Assembly (NCBI GenBank): GCA_964014485.1
Contig: CAXHAT010000010.1
Coordinates: forward strand, 5,150 to 69,149
Origin: an uncultured Deferribacteres bacterium
GTDB taxonomy: Bacteria > Zhuqueibacterota > Zhuqueibacteria > Zhuqueibacterales > Geothermadaptataceae
Length of the DNA stretch: 64,000 bases
Direction of reading: 5' to 3'
A program made the translations under genes and the position numbers. Below are positions 10,501 through 20,300 of this stretch, one piece after another (the first letter of the stretch is position 1; the number at the start of each line of letters is the position of its first letter). Below the pieces are notes generated by a model. That model saw only the letters and a program-made list of their open reading frames with translations, made no database searches and was not told where the DNA came from.

Positions 10501-13500
10501 TCAACGGCACAGCGACGACCGGCGTTGTTACGATAAACGCGACCATTCAAGGCCGGGACGCGAACTCGAACAATATCGTTTCAGACAATGCCGCTGATTC
10601 GCCCGCAACCTGGCAAATTTCGCCCGGAGCCGCACTGCAAATAACGGCGATTGAAACGCCCCAAAGCGTGACGGCGGGCTTGCAAGGTCCTTGGCAAATG
10701 GAAATGGTCGTGCAAAACAACGGCCCGACAGCCGTAAACATCGACATTGCCGACGACAGCACAGACGTCAAATTATTTCGCGGCATTACCAACGTCACCT
10801 CCGAATTTAACATTGTTCCCAGGCCGACTTTGAAAATTTCCGGGACGACGACGCTGGCTTCCGGCGGCGTTGATCGCGTCGTTTTTGACGTCAACGGAAC
10901 GACGCCGGTCTCTGGAGACGTAGTCGCGTTTGGCAGCGTCAAGGGCTTTGATTCGGTAACCTCCGATCTCGTTTTTGACGATACGCAGGACGCTGGCGGT
11001 GGCTCTTTTGCCGTGCAATCGCCTGCTGACATGCGGATTAACGGCATTCCTCTTTCCCAAAATACGGTCACAGTCGGCCAAACGGAACTTTGGTTGATTG
11101 ACGTAGCGGTGGAAAATATCGGACAGGCGGCGGTAAAGCTTGATTCATTCAAATTGGTGCTCTCAGACAATTCTCATACGATTACAGCGCCAACCACGCT
11201 TTTGATTTCCGGGACGGACACGCTCGCTGGCAATAGTTTAGACACCTTGCGCCACGTCGTTAACCAAACGAGCATAACGGCGGGACTGAACATCGTTGAC
11301 GCTGCGGTCTATGGCCGCGAAATCAACCGCCAGACTTTTGTTAAAGATTCGACTTCGGCGGCTGGCGGAAATCAAACGCAATTCGAAGTTCAAACGCCGG
11401 CTGATTTTCGCATTTTTACGACTTTCGTTGATCCGGTCACTTCGCCGAACGCGCCGTTTATCAATGTGAAAGACACGTTTGAAGTTGACGTGCATTTTGT
11501 GAACACAGGCCAGGAAACGGTCGAAGATTTGACCGTAAAATTGTCGCAGCCGGGCGATGGAAAATCGCAGATTTTGATCCCAACGCAGACGATCCCGGAG
11601 TTAACCCCAGGGCTGGGCGATACGGCGAAGTTCGTGGTTGTTGCCGACAGCATTGTGACTGTAAACGAACGATTTTCGGCGAGCTTTCTTTCCGGTTTTT
11701 CCAAGAATACCGGTCTGGCGCTCAGCCCCGCCGCTGCAGCGGATTCAATCGCCGACGTCACCCTTCAGCTGCCTGCAGGTTTGAAAGTCGTTTCGGTGAC
11801 GACTTCCGACACGGTCGTGAACGCCAACCAGACCAGCCCAAATTGGATTATCAAAGTTGCCGTTCAAGACACCGGCAGCGCAGCAATTGTTTTAGACCCG
11901 CCTTCCGCTGACGATATTTCATTCGAGGTTAACGGATTAGCGCCGCTTCCCGGCGAATTTACTGTAGTTCCGCCAACTGGCTTGAAGCTTTCCGGTGATT
12001 TGGCGCTCAACAGCGGCGCGGTCGATACGCTGGAATATACCGTAACCCGAACTGGGCCGAACGGCGGTACGGCGATCATTACCGCGGATATTTCCGGGCA
12101 GGATGCGAATGACCGGACGGCGTTGCAAGCGGCGGGCTCCGGCAGTGTTCGCATTGACGTGAGTGCGGCGGTTGGGATTACCGGAACGCGCGCCATCGTC
12201 AACGCTTTCAACGGCAGCGGCGTGGGTTTGGTGAATACGGCGCAAAGTTTTTTTATTCGCGTCTTCGTTCACAACACCAGCGTCGAGCCGATCAAAGACG
12301 TGAGCATTACGCTGACTTCGACGGGCGGATCATCGATTGTCAAGTCGACGAAGATCATCGATTCCCTCGCGATTCAATCAGCCGACTCTTTGACTTTCAG
12401 TATCAACGCCGACATCGTTCCGAACAGTATCGGCGAAGTGTTTACGGCTGTCATTGACAGTGCGACTGCAGTGAATTCTGGTGAAAAGGCCAGGATTAGC
12501 GCGCCGTTCGACCCGAATGAACGCGTGGTCATCCAGCGACCGGCTTCTCTTAAACTAAGCGCTCGTTCCGCTCCGGACGATGGGAAATTGACGCTGTCGC
12601 AAGAATTTACTGCTTACGTAGACGTCCAGAATCTCGGCGACGCTTCAGTTGACTCCAGCGGGAAAGTCGAAATTACGGTTCCGCCCAATTACCAACTGGC
12701 GCTGGGAGAATTACAGGAAAAAGACCTGGTTGTTGGAGAAGAATTGGCTTGGCAAGTGATCGCCCCCGCCGTTACAAGCCTGCAGGACACGATCAGTTTT
12801 TTTATGACGCAAAAGCCGGTAGATCGCAATGCGAATTTAGCGGCGGAGGTCTTGCCCTTCAATGACGGCGACACGTTAATCGTTGACACGGACGAGCCTT
12901 CGCTGAGCGTGAGATCGCTTTCGGTGATTACGCCGGAAGGCGCGCGCAACGATACGCTTTCAAGCGGGCAGGAGTTTGTCGTGCAAGGCGTTTTTGACGT
13001 CTCGGCGAACCTTTCTCAGGTGAAAGCGACGCTGGAATTGCCGCTCTCATACGATTTTAAATTTGCCGACCGTGCTGTCGTTGACGTGCTCGACAGCCTC
13101 GCTTCCTGGACTTTGGAAGCGCCAATCGACGCGACGAATCGCGAAGACAAAATCCTGGTGCGCGTTTTCAGCGAAGATGAAGAGATGCTGGAAAAAACGG
13201 ACAGCCTGGGCGTGGTCACCATCTCTCGCGCACAACTAAAAATGAACCTCGATTTGCTCGGGCCGAACGGCTTGATTGAAAACGGCAGCCTGACCCAAAA
13301 CCAGCCGTTTACCTTCCGCGTTTCTCTTGAAAATATTGGTGAAGCGCAAACAATTGAAGGCGATACGGCGATAGTGACGCTGGATTTTGGCGAGACGGGC
13401 GTACGCCGCGCGGATACGGGCGAGAGTTTGAACAAAAAGGTGGCTGTCGGCGGCGACGTTTCCTGGGACTTGATCGGCCCGGCGGAATTGACGGACCCGA

Positions 13501-15155
13501 AAGCGCTCGTGGTTACGATCAGCCAGATCCCGCGCGACGAGAACACAGGCGTTTCCGCTGCGATGTTTAATAACTCGCTTAAAGCTTCAATTCTCGTTGA
13601 TACGCGCGAAGGCGGTTCGGTTCGGGCAGGCGTTATTTCAGTCGTTAGCCCGGCAGGCGCTGTAGACGGAACGGTCAGCACGGATCAAGCATTTACGGTT
13701 CAGGCGGAAGTTGAGTGGACGAACGCCAAAAATATCCAGGGCAGGATTATGCTTCCCGAAAGCGCGGGCTATGCCGTGGACGAGCCTGTGCGCGACCTCG
13801 GCGCTTCGGCCTTGACGGGGAACAGCGTGATCCAATGGACTGTCACAGCCCCGGCGCTGTCTCGCTCTGTTGAAGCCGTCAAAGTCCGTTTTACCGGCGT
13901 GGACGCATCCGATGACACACCGGATCAAGACGACACCAACGATTTGATGGTGACCGTGATGCGCGAGGCGCAGCTTTCTCTGATCACGGAGATTGTCGAG
14001 CCGCAAAACGCCGCGATTAACGGCACGGTGTCGCCGGATCAGAATTTTACCGTTCGTGCGTCGCTCGAAAATGCGGGCGAAGCCGACACGCTTGGCGTGG
14101 GAAGAATTCGAATCAATGTGCCGAACGGGTATGAATTGGTGCCGACGGATGATTCGGAAGAAAAGACGACGGACAGCGGCTACGTTGAATGGGTTTTGCG
14201 CTCACCGGCCACTCCGACCTCCGGCCCGCGCAACATCACTTTTGTCGTTTTGGATGCTCCGCGCGACGAAAATACAGGCCAAATTTTGGCGCCGAACCTG
14301 AGCGATCCTTCGATCAGTATTTTGACCGAAAACAGCAAGCTGGAGCTGCGGCAGCTTGCTATGCAGCAAACGAGCGTAGTGGTGAAAGGCCAGCAAGACG
14401 TTGAAATGTTGAGCATGAAAGTGGAGAATATTGGCCGTGCAGGGACGAACAATATCTTGCTCAAAGGGTTCATCCTCGATTTTCTGGATGCTGCGGGCGA
14501 TCCTTTAAATGCCGATCAAGTCATCACTTCGTTAAGAGTCACGGCCTTCGACGGAGCTGAATTCTTAAGCACCAGCGGAGGTTTGAACGCATCACAACTG
14601 ATGCTCAATTTTGACGCGTTCAATGTTCTCGAACCGCAATTTCCAGACTCGTTACGCATTAGCGTGAACATAGCCGACAAGGACCAAATTGACAAGTTTA
14701 TGATGCGGCTGAACGGCAGTCCCAGCATCCTTGCCGAAGATCAGGAAAACGGCAAGCCGGTCACGATTGAATTGATTGATCCGAGTAATAATCGGGGTGA
14801 AGATATTGAATTGCAATCTTCGCCCGCCATCCTTATTTCGAATGATTTTGCCGCAAGCTTCAGCAATCGACCTAATCCGTTTAACCCGGCAAACGGCCCG
14901 ACGGTTTTTAGCTATAAATTGAATCAGGCTTCGAGCGGCGAATTGAATATTTATACGATGCTGGGCGAACTTGTCTGGCGCAAATCCTTTACTGCTACAG
15001 ACCCTGAAGGTCGTCTTTTGGCGTTTCCAAATACGATTACCTGGGACGGAAAAAACGGCAAGGGACGCACGGTCTTAAACGGCGTTTATGTCGCGGTTTT
15101 GCGCTTGCAGGAAGGCGGTCAAACCGCTCATGTCAAGGTGGCGGTTGTAAGGTAA
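7548..15155 (+). CDS. giant (2535 aa) repeat-rich cell-surface protein, T9SS cargo
   Basis: An uninterrupted 7.6 kb ORF with an N-terminal signal-like segment. It has four tandem ~100-aa Ig-like modules, then many ~120-140-aa CARDB-like beta-sandwich modules (recurring V.N.G...). The C-terminal ~90 aa match the T9SS sorting-domain pattern (NPFNP....F.Y.L......L.IY...G..V.......G.....WDG.N..G..V..GVY). Confidence 0.85.
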   Translation: MIRTIWQHSAKEWLVKLLLGASVGLFATTIYARGLDDINVTPDDPRAGENDLYFISFHSDSYTITPTDSFNFVFPDGFDLSTAVVVDANDAVDGGLGFIKVGQRISVFRDGTGSPISAGTTVLIALGTIGNPQRADPYTITISVSDAGGTVHEGPSISNVFNIGAADLDHFAIVATDDGVIPDQTAGASFDVKIIAQDLFDNTVTSFVGTAALSDPSGTISPTTTTAFTGGVLTPFSVSITESQAAATITATGGGEAGVSNTFAINPGNVASFSFSEIIGPKASGVGFDVSISALDAFGNVATGFSGTANLTDDTGTITPAVSAAFTAGVLGTQTVTISQAQDDVTITAENGGNSGQSNAFDVEHGALSQYQVSTISSPQAVGVPFEIIITAQDANGNTVENFNGTVTMAPSAGTMTPTASGSFINGVRAQQVTVFAAQSGLTISVDDGANIGVSNGFDVTAGPHATFAVTNLSGGNIGTQQAGQAFNIRIEAQDDFGNVVAGFNGVASLSIPTGVISPSTTSNFTNGVLAAQAVSISQSQTGATITASDNGISGSSNPFDVAVGNLFRVLVRDQPGGAGNEISPMTLTADDELTVFAAGYDTGDNFVGDQNVTWVLDGLNGESNSGSGTSFTFRPTTANANGTTTGTIRADHPTAVDGQTGTLTILPGLAASSLTLTPSATSLPADGQSLSIISSNPVLDSDGNPVGAGRQFTVNVLPDETAGSIISADVNPSLPGKQVQTDASSLLSMTFQASTTGGNALISANAVGAFSTGQTTINVGSIDLLDITAPLKVSRGQNGAIVNMSVRNIGASEFIVGSADVDFSIDGNDESANYTETRVDGITTIPGGQTKVLQFSVNVSNQATLDTVLIDGAVSGTINGNPVSDNVVQTTAEWIVQQSASANLITVVAPAAASQGQGGLEISVTARNNLGISRSADFLVDDVDLTFRNGGNDVTLQYSVSPRLTNPDTIKGNSEATFFFDVGVNGTATTGVVTINATIQGRDANSNNIVSDNAADSPATWQISPGAALQITAIETPQSVTAGLQGPWQMEMVVQNNGPTAVNIDIADDSTDVKLFRGITNVTSEFNIVPRPTLKISGTTTLASGGVDRVVFDVNGTTPVSGDVVAFGSVKGFDSVTSDLVFDDTQDAGGGSFAVQSPADMRINGIPLSQNTVTVGQTELWLIDVAVENIGQAAVKLDSFKLVLSDNSHTITAPTTLLISGTDTLAGNSLDTLRHVVNQTSITAGLNIVDAAVYGREINRQTFVKDSTSAAGGNQTQFEVQTPADFRIFTTFVDPVTSPNAPFINVKDTFEVDVHFVNTGQETVEDLTVKLSQPGDGKSQILIPTQTIPELTPGLGDTAKFVVVADSIVTVNERFSASFLSGFSKNTGLALSPAAAADSIADVTLQLPAGLKVVSVTTSDTVVNANQTSPNWIIKVAVQDTGSAAIVLDPPSADDISFEVNGLAPLPGEFTVVPPTGLKLSGDLALNSGAVDTLEYTVTRTGPNGGTAIITADISGQDANDRTALQAAGSGSVRIDVSAAVGITGTRAIVNAFNGSGVGLVNTAQSFFIRVFVHNTSVEPIKDVSITLTSTGGSSIVKSTKIIDSLAIQSADSLTFSINADIVPNSIGEVFTAVIDSATAVNSGEKARISAPFDPNERVVIQRPASLKLSARSAPDDGKLTLSQEFTAYVDVQNLGDASVDSSGKVEITVPPNYQLALGELQEKDLVVGEELAWQVIAPAVTSLQDTISFFMTQKPVDRNANLAAEVLPFNDGDTLIVDTDEPSLSVRSLSVITPEGARNDTLSSGQEFVVQGVFDVSANLSQVKATLELPLSYDFKFADRAVVDVLDSLASWTLEAPIDATNREDKILVRVFSEDEEMLEKTDSLGVVTISRAQLKMNLDLLGPNGLIENGSLTQNQPFTFRVSLENIGEAQTIEGDTAIVTLDFGETGVRRADTGESLNKKVAVGGDVSWDLIGPAELTDPKALVVTISQIPRDENTGVSAAMFNNSLKASILVDTREGGSVRAGVISVVSPAGAVDGTVSTDQAFTVQAEVEWTNAKNIQGRIMLPESAGYAVDEPVRDLGASALTGNSVIQWTVTAPALSRSVEAVKVRFTGVDASDDTPDQDDTNDLMVTVMREAQLSLITEIVEPQNAAINGTVSPDQNFTVRASLENAGEADTLGVGRIRINVPNGYELVPTDDSEEKTTDSGYVEWVLRSPATPTSGPRNITFVVLDAPRDENTGQILAPNLSDPSISILTENSKLELRQLAMQQTSVVVKGQQDVEMLSMKVENIGRAGTNNILLKGFILDFLDAAGDPLNADQVITSLRVTAFDGAEFLSTSGGLNASQLMLNFDAFNVLEPQFPDSLRISVNIADKDQIDKFMMRLNGSPSILAEDQENGKPVTIELIDPSNNRGEDIELQSSPAILISNDFAASFSNRPNPFNPANGPTVFSYKLNQASSGELNIYTMLGELVWRKSFTATDPEGRLLAFPNTITWDGKNGKGRTVLNGVYVAVLRLQEGGQTAHVKVAVVR
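8040..9242 (+). repeat. four tandem Ig-like coding repeats (~97-104 codons each) inside the giant gene
   Basis: Protein-level periodicity: each unit carries (F/Y).V......Q.AG..F...I.AQD..GN.V..F.G...L....G.I.P......F..GV......I.......I.A......G.SN.F.V..G. Units start near aa 165, 269, 367 and 464. Confidence 0.75.
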
Positions 15156-17257
15156 TGAGAGACGGATTGTTTTGCACCAATTGGTTTGGCAACATGAATT
15201 GTAAACGCGTCACATCCATGAGAAAATACGCTTTTTTTGAAGGGTTTTTGAGCAAAATCCTGCTGATTCCGATAAAACCGCCCAAACGAAAGTCCGGGAA
15301 AGCTTCACGGCTCTTGGGTTTCCGCCTGCGCGGAAAAGACAATAATTTGCTTGCTCAGTCGTCAAAAATCTTTGTGACGATTTGCGCTCTATCGTTCGCG
15401 ATTCCTTCGACGTCTTTTTCACAGGACGCGGACGGCGGCGTTGAAAGTTTGTTTTCCTATGGGGTCGGCGCTCGCGCATTGGGTTTGGGCGGCGCTTATA
15501 CGGCGGTCGCGACAGACGCCAGCACAGTCTATTGGAATCCGGCGGGTCTTGATCTTCTGCCGCAACAATCGGCTGTCATGTTCTATTCTCGCTTGCCTTT
15601 TGGATCGCAATACAACGCGATTTCCGTTGCCTACCCAACGCTAAATCTTGGCGCGGTCGGCTTGGCCGTGCTTCGCATCAGCTCCGACTATGAAGTGCGG
15701 GGAAATGAAGCGTTTGGCGAGGACGGTGCGGAAGGCAGTTTTGCGCAAACGGAGTTTATTCTGTCATACGGTAAGAAAGTACTGTTCGATTTTGCATTTG
15801 GGGCGAGCGTAAAATTGGATCAAAAGGATTTCGAAGGGCTGATCGGGCGTGGCGTCGGTCTGGATCTTGGCCTGAATTACAGTTCCAGCGCAGTAAGCGG
15901 GCTTCTGCAAAATACGGCGATAGGCCTTACTATACAAAATGCGATTGAGCCGATTTTGAAGGTCAACAACGAGGGCGTTCCGCTGCCAAGAAATATCAAG
16001 GTGGGCCTGGCTAAAAAACTGAGTTTTGGGTTGGAAGAAAACGCGCTTTCGTTTATGGCCGACGTTTCGATGGGCGAAGGCAAGACGCCGAAGTACCACG
16101 CCGGGATGGAATTTTTGTTTAAAGGCGGGGCGATGGCGCGCATCGGATTGAATGATAAAGCGCCCGCATTTGGCGCCGGCGCGAAGTTCAATGTTTTCCA
16201 AATCGACTATTCTTACGGTTGGTTCGCGGAACAGACTCCTGACTTTGGCGCGAGTCAGCGGCTTTCTGTTACCATTGAGTTTGGAAAAACGCGGCAAGAC
16301 ATTGTTGCGGAGCAGAACCGCAAACGCGCCCAGGAAGTGAATGATCGCGTCGCGCGCGAAATTCAGGCTAAGCGCAGACTTGACGTTCAAAACTTGATTG
16401 ACGCCGGAAACGCCTTGCTTCGACAAGGTAAGTTTTATCCGGCCTTTTTGCGTTTCAGCGAGGCAAAGCTGATCGAGCCGAATAACCAGGCGGCGACGGT
16501 CGGCGCCAACCGGGCGCAGCAGAAAATTGATGAAATTCAATCACGAGAAGAAGAGCAGCGCAAGCAGACGGCCCTTGCTGAACAAGAGCGAATTCGAAAA
16601 GAGCAGTTCGTACAGCGCCAGCTCCAGAGAGGGATCGATCAAGCTGAAGCCGGACGACTTGAACGAGCCATCGCCGAATGGGAATTGGCTTTAGAAGAAG
16701 ATCCCGAAAATCAAGTGCTCAAGGACTGGATAAACAAGACGGGCGCCGAGATTGGCAACCGCACGGCGACGCGCATTCGAAACGCTGAACGATTCGCGGC
16801 GAACGGGAATTACTTGAAAGCAATCGAAACGCTGACGCCGCTGCAAAATTCGAACAGTCTTGATGAAGATACGCGTCGACGCGTCAACAACAGCATCACA
16901 ATTTGGAACAATCGTCTGAGCGGCGATTCAGCTTGGCGCCAGGGCTTAAACGAGTATTACAACGGCAACTACGTTGTTGCTCTGCGATACTTTGAGCAGG
17001 CGCGAAAAAGCGAGCCGGGCAACAGACAATACCAGGAATTCAGGGATCGCGCCGAAGAGCGAGCAAATGCACGGGATGAAGATTTCGCTTCGCAAGACAT
17101 TCGGAAAAAATACCAACGCGCCCTTGGATTGGTGTCACTGCAAAACTATCAGGAAGCGCTCAACATTTTGAATGAGATTCGAAAACAGCAAAAATACAAC
17201 AAACGTATACTCGATTTGATCGACAAAGCAGAACAAGGCCTGCGGAGCAAGAATTGA
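15155..17257 (+). CDS. PorV/PorQ-like outer-membrane beta-barrel fused to a C-terminal coiled-coil/TPR region; start uncertain
   Basis: GARALGLGGAYTAVATDASTVYWNPAGL is the signature N-terminal strand motif of PorV/PorQ (FadL-like) T9SS-associated barrels. The last ~310 aa are Q/E/R-rich coiled coil plus TPR-like repeats. The listed ATG at 15155 overlaps the upstream stop (TAATG). However, a signal peptide (LLAQSSKIFVTICALSFAIPSTSFSQ) only begins at an in-frame TTG at 15347, which may be the real start. Confidence 0.65.
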   Translation: MRDGLFCTNWFGNMNCKRVTSMRKYAFFEGFLSKILLIPIKPPKRKSGKASRLLGFRLRGKDNNLLAQSSKIFVTICALSFAIPSTSFSQDADGGVESLFSYGVGARALGLGGAYTAVATDASTVYWNPAGLDLLPQQSAVMFYSRLPFGSQYNAISVAYPTLNLGAVGLAVLRISSDYEVRGNEAFGEDGAEGSFAQTEFILSYGKKVLFDFAFGASVKLDQKDFEGLIGRGVGLDLGLNYSSSAVSGLLQNTAIGLTIQNAIEPILKVNNEGVPLPRNIKVGLAKKLSFGLEENALSFMADVSMGEGKTPKYHAGMEFLFKGGAMARIGLNDKAPAFGAGAKFNVFQIDYSYGWFAEQTPDFGASQRLSVTIEFGKTRQDIVAEQNRKRAQEVNDRVAREIQAKRRLDVQNLIDAGNALLRQGKFYPAFLRFSEAKLIEPNNQAATVGANRAQQKIDEIQSREEEQRKQTALAEQERIRKEQFVQRQLQRGIDQAEAGRLERAIAEWELALEEDPENQVLKDWINKTGAEIGNRTATRIRNAERFAANGNYLKAIETLTPLQNSNSLDEDTRRRVNNSITIWNNRLSGDSAWRQGLNEYYNGNYVVALRYFEQARKSEPGNRQYQEFRDRAEERANARDEDFASQDIRKKYQRALGLVSLQNYQEALNILNEIRKQQKYNKRILDLIDKAEQGLRSKN

Positions 17258-17392
17258 TCTGGAAACAGTAAGCAGTAAGCAGTGAACTGTGTAGGCTGAA
17301 GCTGATTTTCAGGTTACAGCTCACTGTCCACAGAAAAAGCGCCCTTCTGGAGTAAATCAAGGAAGACGACCAGTAAGCGATAGAGTGCATCC

Positions 17393-20300
17393 GTGTTCAA
17401 AAGCACAATCAAAGAACAACTCAAAGTTCCCGCGCACGTTGACTATTTGAGCGAATTGCGCGCCTTCGTAACCCGCGTTGGACGCAAGCACGGCATTAGC
17501 GACAAAGCCGTCAACGCTTTTAAGCTCGCCATCGACGAAGCGGGGACGAACATCATTCGTCACGCCTACCGAGACATTGCGGAATCCGGTTTCATTCTAT
17601 TGCGGGTAATCATTCGCAAAGCAAGTGTAACGGTCAGCCTCATTGACCAGGGGAAATACTTCGATTTACGTAATGTCAAAGATCCGGATCTCAAAAGATA
17701 CGTTGAAATTGGCAAGAGGGGCGGCCTCGGCATTTTTATCATCCGTAAACTCATGGATGAGATTGATTATCGAAAAACCGAGGAAGGCAACGAGCTGCGC
17801 CTGACGAAGTATCGACAAGGCTCAAAATCGAAAAACGGCGCCGCAAAAACCAGCGAAGTCGAATCCCCCGTCGGCATTCCGCTCACGCTCAAAGTAAAAT
17901 ATTTTATTCGCACGGGAGCGGTTGTCACAGTTGCGATCGCAATTTGGTACCTTTATTTGTTTATGCGCTCCGGTGCGAACATTCAGGAAACGCGACTGAG
18001 CGATTTGCACGGTTTCGGCATGCGCCTCGGAAATTCGCTGAGCCAAAATCCGTCGATCCCGGACGATCCGCTTTTCACCCTGAATTACATCGAAGCAACC
18101 TTCAAAGAACAAGAGAATTGGTTGCGGGAAATCGTGCTTTATGACAAGCACGGGACAATCATCGCGCACAGCGATAAACAGCGCTTGCTGGACGGCGCGG
18201 AAGAGTATGAACCTCGGCCTGAAAATCGCAAGCGGGTTTATGAAAACATCTTCAAAAATTCTGTAAAAGTCGATGAAGCCGCCGGCAATAAAGACATTTA
18301 TAATTTCGTCACTGAGTTGACGGATACTTTGACGCAAGCAAGCATCGGCGAAGTTCATGTAAGAATTTTCAAAGAGAATATCGATAACGAGATTTTCTCG
18401 CAACGCTTTGAAGACGCCAAGCTGGCCTTGTTTATTTTGTTGAGCGGGTATGTCGGCGCGCTGATTTTGATCTATTTTCTACTTAACCCGTTTCGGAGAT
18501 TGTCCGATTGGGTGCAGCGAATGGATCATGGCGACGAAGTCGAGGACGAGATGGACATCGATTCTTCGACTGAAATTGGGGAAATTGCCAGGGCTTTTAG
18601 CGACATCACAACGAAATTCCGCGAGTCCCAGAAAAACCTCGCAAAGCAAGAGCAGCTTCAAAAGGAGATGCAAGTTGCTCAGGAAATTCAACAGACGCTG
18701 CTGCCGACGGAATTTCCAAATCTTGAAGGCTACGAGCTTGCATCAATGTACCAGGCCGCGAAAGAAGTGGGCGGCGACTACTACGATTTCGTCGAGGTGG
18801 ACAAGGACACGCTCGGAATCGTGGTTGCGGACGTCTCCGGCAAAGGCGTACCGGGATCATTGGTCATGACGATGATACGGACGGCCCTGCGAACGGAAGC
18901 GCGCGGCGTTTACGATGCGGCTGAAGTCCTTGCCCGCGTCAATAATTTTGTCGTCAGCGACATGAAAAAGGGCATGTTCGTGACGATTTTTTACGTGATT
19001 ATCGATTCGAAACGTCGCAGGCTGAATTATGCCAGCGCCGGGCACAACCCGATGATTCTCTACCGGCCTTCGGTCAAAAAGACTTACTACCTCAACCCCA
19101 AAGGCTTTCCTATTGGCATCCAATTGGCCGAGAAAGATCTTTTTCGCAAATCCATTGAATCTGACACGATCCAGCTCGCCGAAGACGATATTTTGATTCT
19201 TTACACGGACGGCATCACTGAAGCCATGAACAACGAGCGCGCTCTTTTCGGGGACGAGCGGTTGTTGAAAGTGATTCGAAACTATGGGCATCTGCGCGTG
19301 GAGCCGTTTGTAGAGAAGCTAAACTCCGAGATTGAATCTTTTACAGAAGGGGGAATTCAATACGATGACATTACCCTGGTTTCAATCAAGGAAAAGACTT
19401 CGCCGGAAAAAGAAGAACTTCGCAGGGCAAAATTAGCGCATAAGGCGATATTAGGCGGTATGAGTATTAAAGACGCCTGCGAAGACGCCGGGATAACAAC
19501 GTACGCGTATTACAACAAGTACAAAAAACAATTCGATGAGTTTGGCGCTGACAATTATGAAATTGATGAAGAAAACTCAGTCGAAGCGAAGCACATTAGT
19601 ATCGAAGACAAGACTAAGGTTTTCGATATCATCAAGAACGCGCCGGAGTTAGGCGCCAGGCGGATTAGTGAAGAATTAAATACCGAAAAGTACGGCTTCG
19701 TCGAAATTCCGGAGAGCAAGATTTACGAAGAATTGGTTCGAAGTCGTTTAAATACAAAGCAATTAAGAGAAGCTTACATCGCGCGCGGCGGCCCCAAAAA
19801 GCGCCGTATGAAGCCGCCGGGAACGCCGATGCTGACGCTCGACGGGCGCGTAATTATCGACCGAAAAGAGCACGAACTCAAGCCGATTCAATCTCAAGGC
19901 ACTGGCGAAAAAGTAGCGACCGAGCCTGGCAAGCCGCCGATTGAAATCAAACGGCGGGAGTCGAAAGCAAAGAGCAAGACGAACGTCGACATGACGGTGC
20001 TCTCAACGCCAATTGAAGATTTGCTCGAAAAGACGAGGTCGATCAAGGCGCAAAAAACGGCTGCTTCCGGAATTCAAGATGATCAGGCAAAGGAAGGCAA
20101 GCCGCCAGAGTCTGCTGAAGAAACGGACGAACGGGTCAGAGCGCCGCAGGCGACGGATGACGTTTCGTTCGAAGATTTGTTTGCCGACGGCGGTTTCGAG
20201 CTCGACTCAGCCAGTGAAACAGAAAAAGCAAATGACTCCTTGACAAACGACGCCGACGCTATCGCCGACAAATCTCAAGCGAAAGGCGACGGCGGCAGGT

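Noticed and set aside
8054-14728. A dozen 60-240-aa minus-strand and off-frame ORFs inside the giant surface-protein gene (e.g. 8667-9380, 10547-11170, 13016-13681)
   Set aside because: All lie within one uninterrupted 7.6 kb ORF that has coherent domain periodicity. Their translations are low-complexity (R/A/S/T-rich), so they are shadow ORFs.
15155-15346. 64-codon N-terminal extension of the PorV-like ORF
   Set aside because: The extension is basic and odd (MRDGLFCTNWFGNMNCKRV...) and precedes a clear signal peptide, so it is probably untranslated. I kept the ORF-track coordinates in the feature and flagged TTG 15347 as the likelier start.
17266-17378. Tandem CAGTAAG CAGTAAG CAGTGAA, a third CAGTAAGC at 17371, and an 11-bp imperfect hairpin (17280-17290 / 17316-17326) between the PorV-like gene and the partner-switching gene
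   Set aside because: It could be a terminator or an operator. The hairpin lacks a U-tract, and the heptamer repeat is short enough to occur by chance. This is not enough evidence for a feature.
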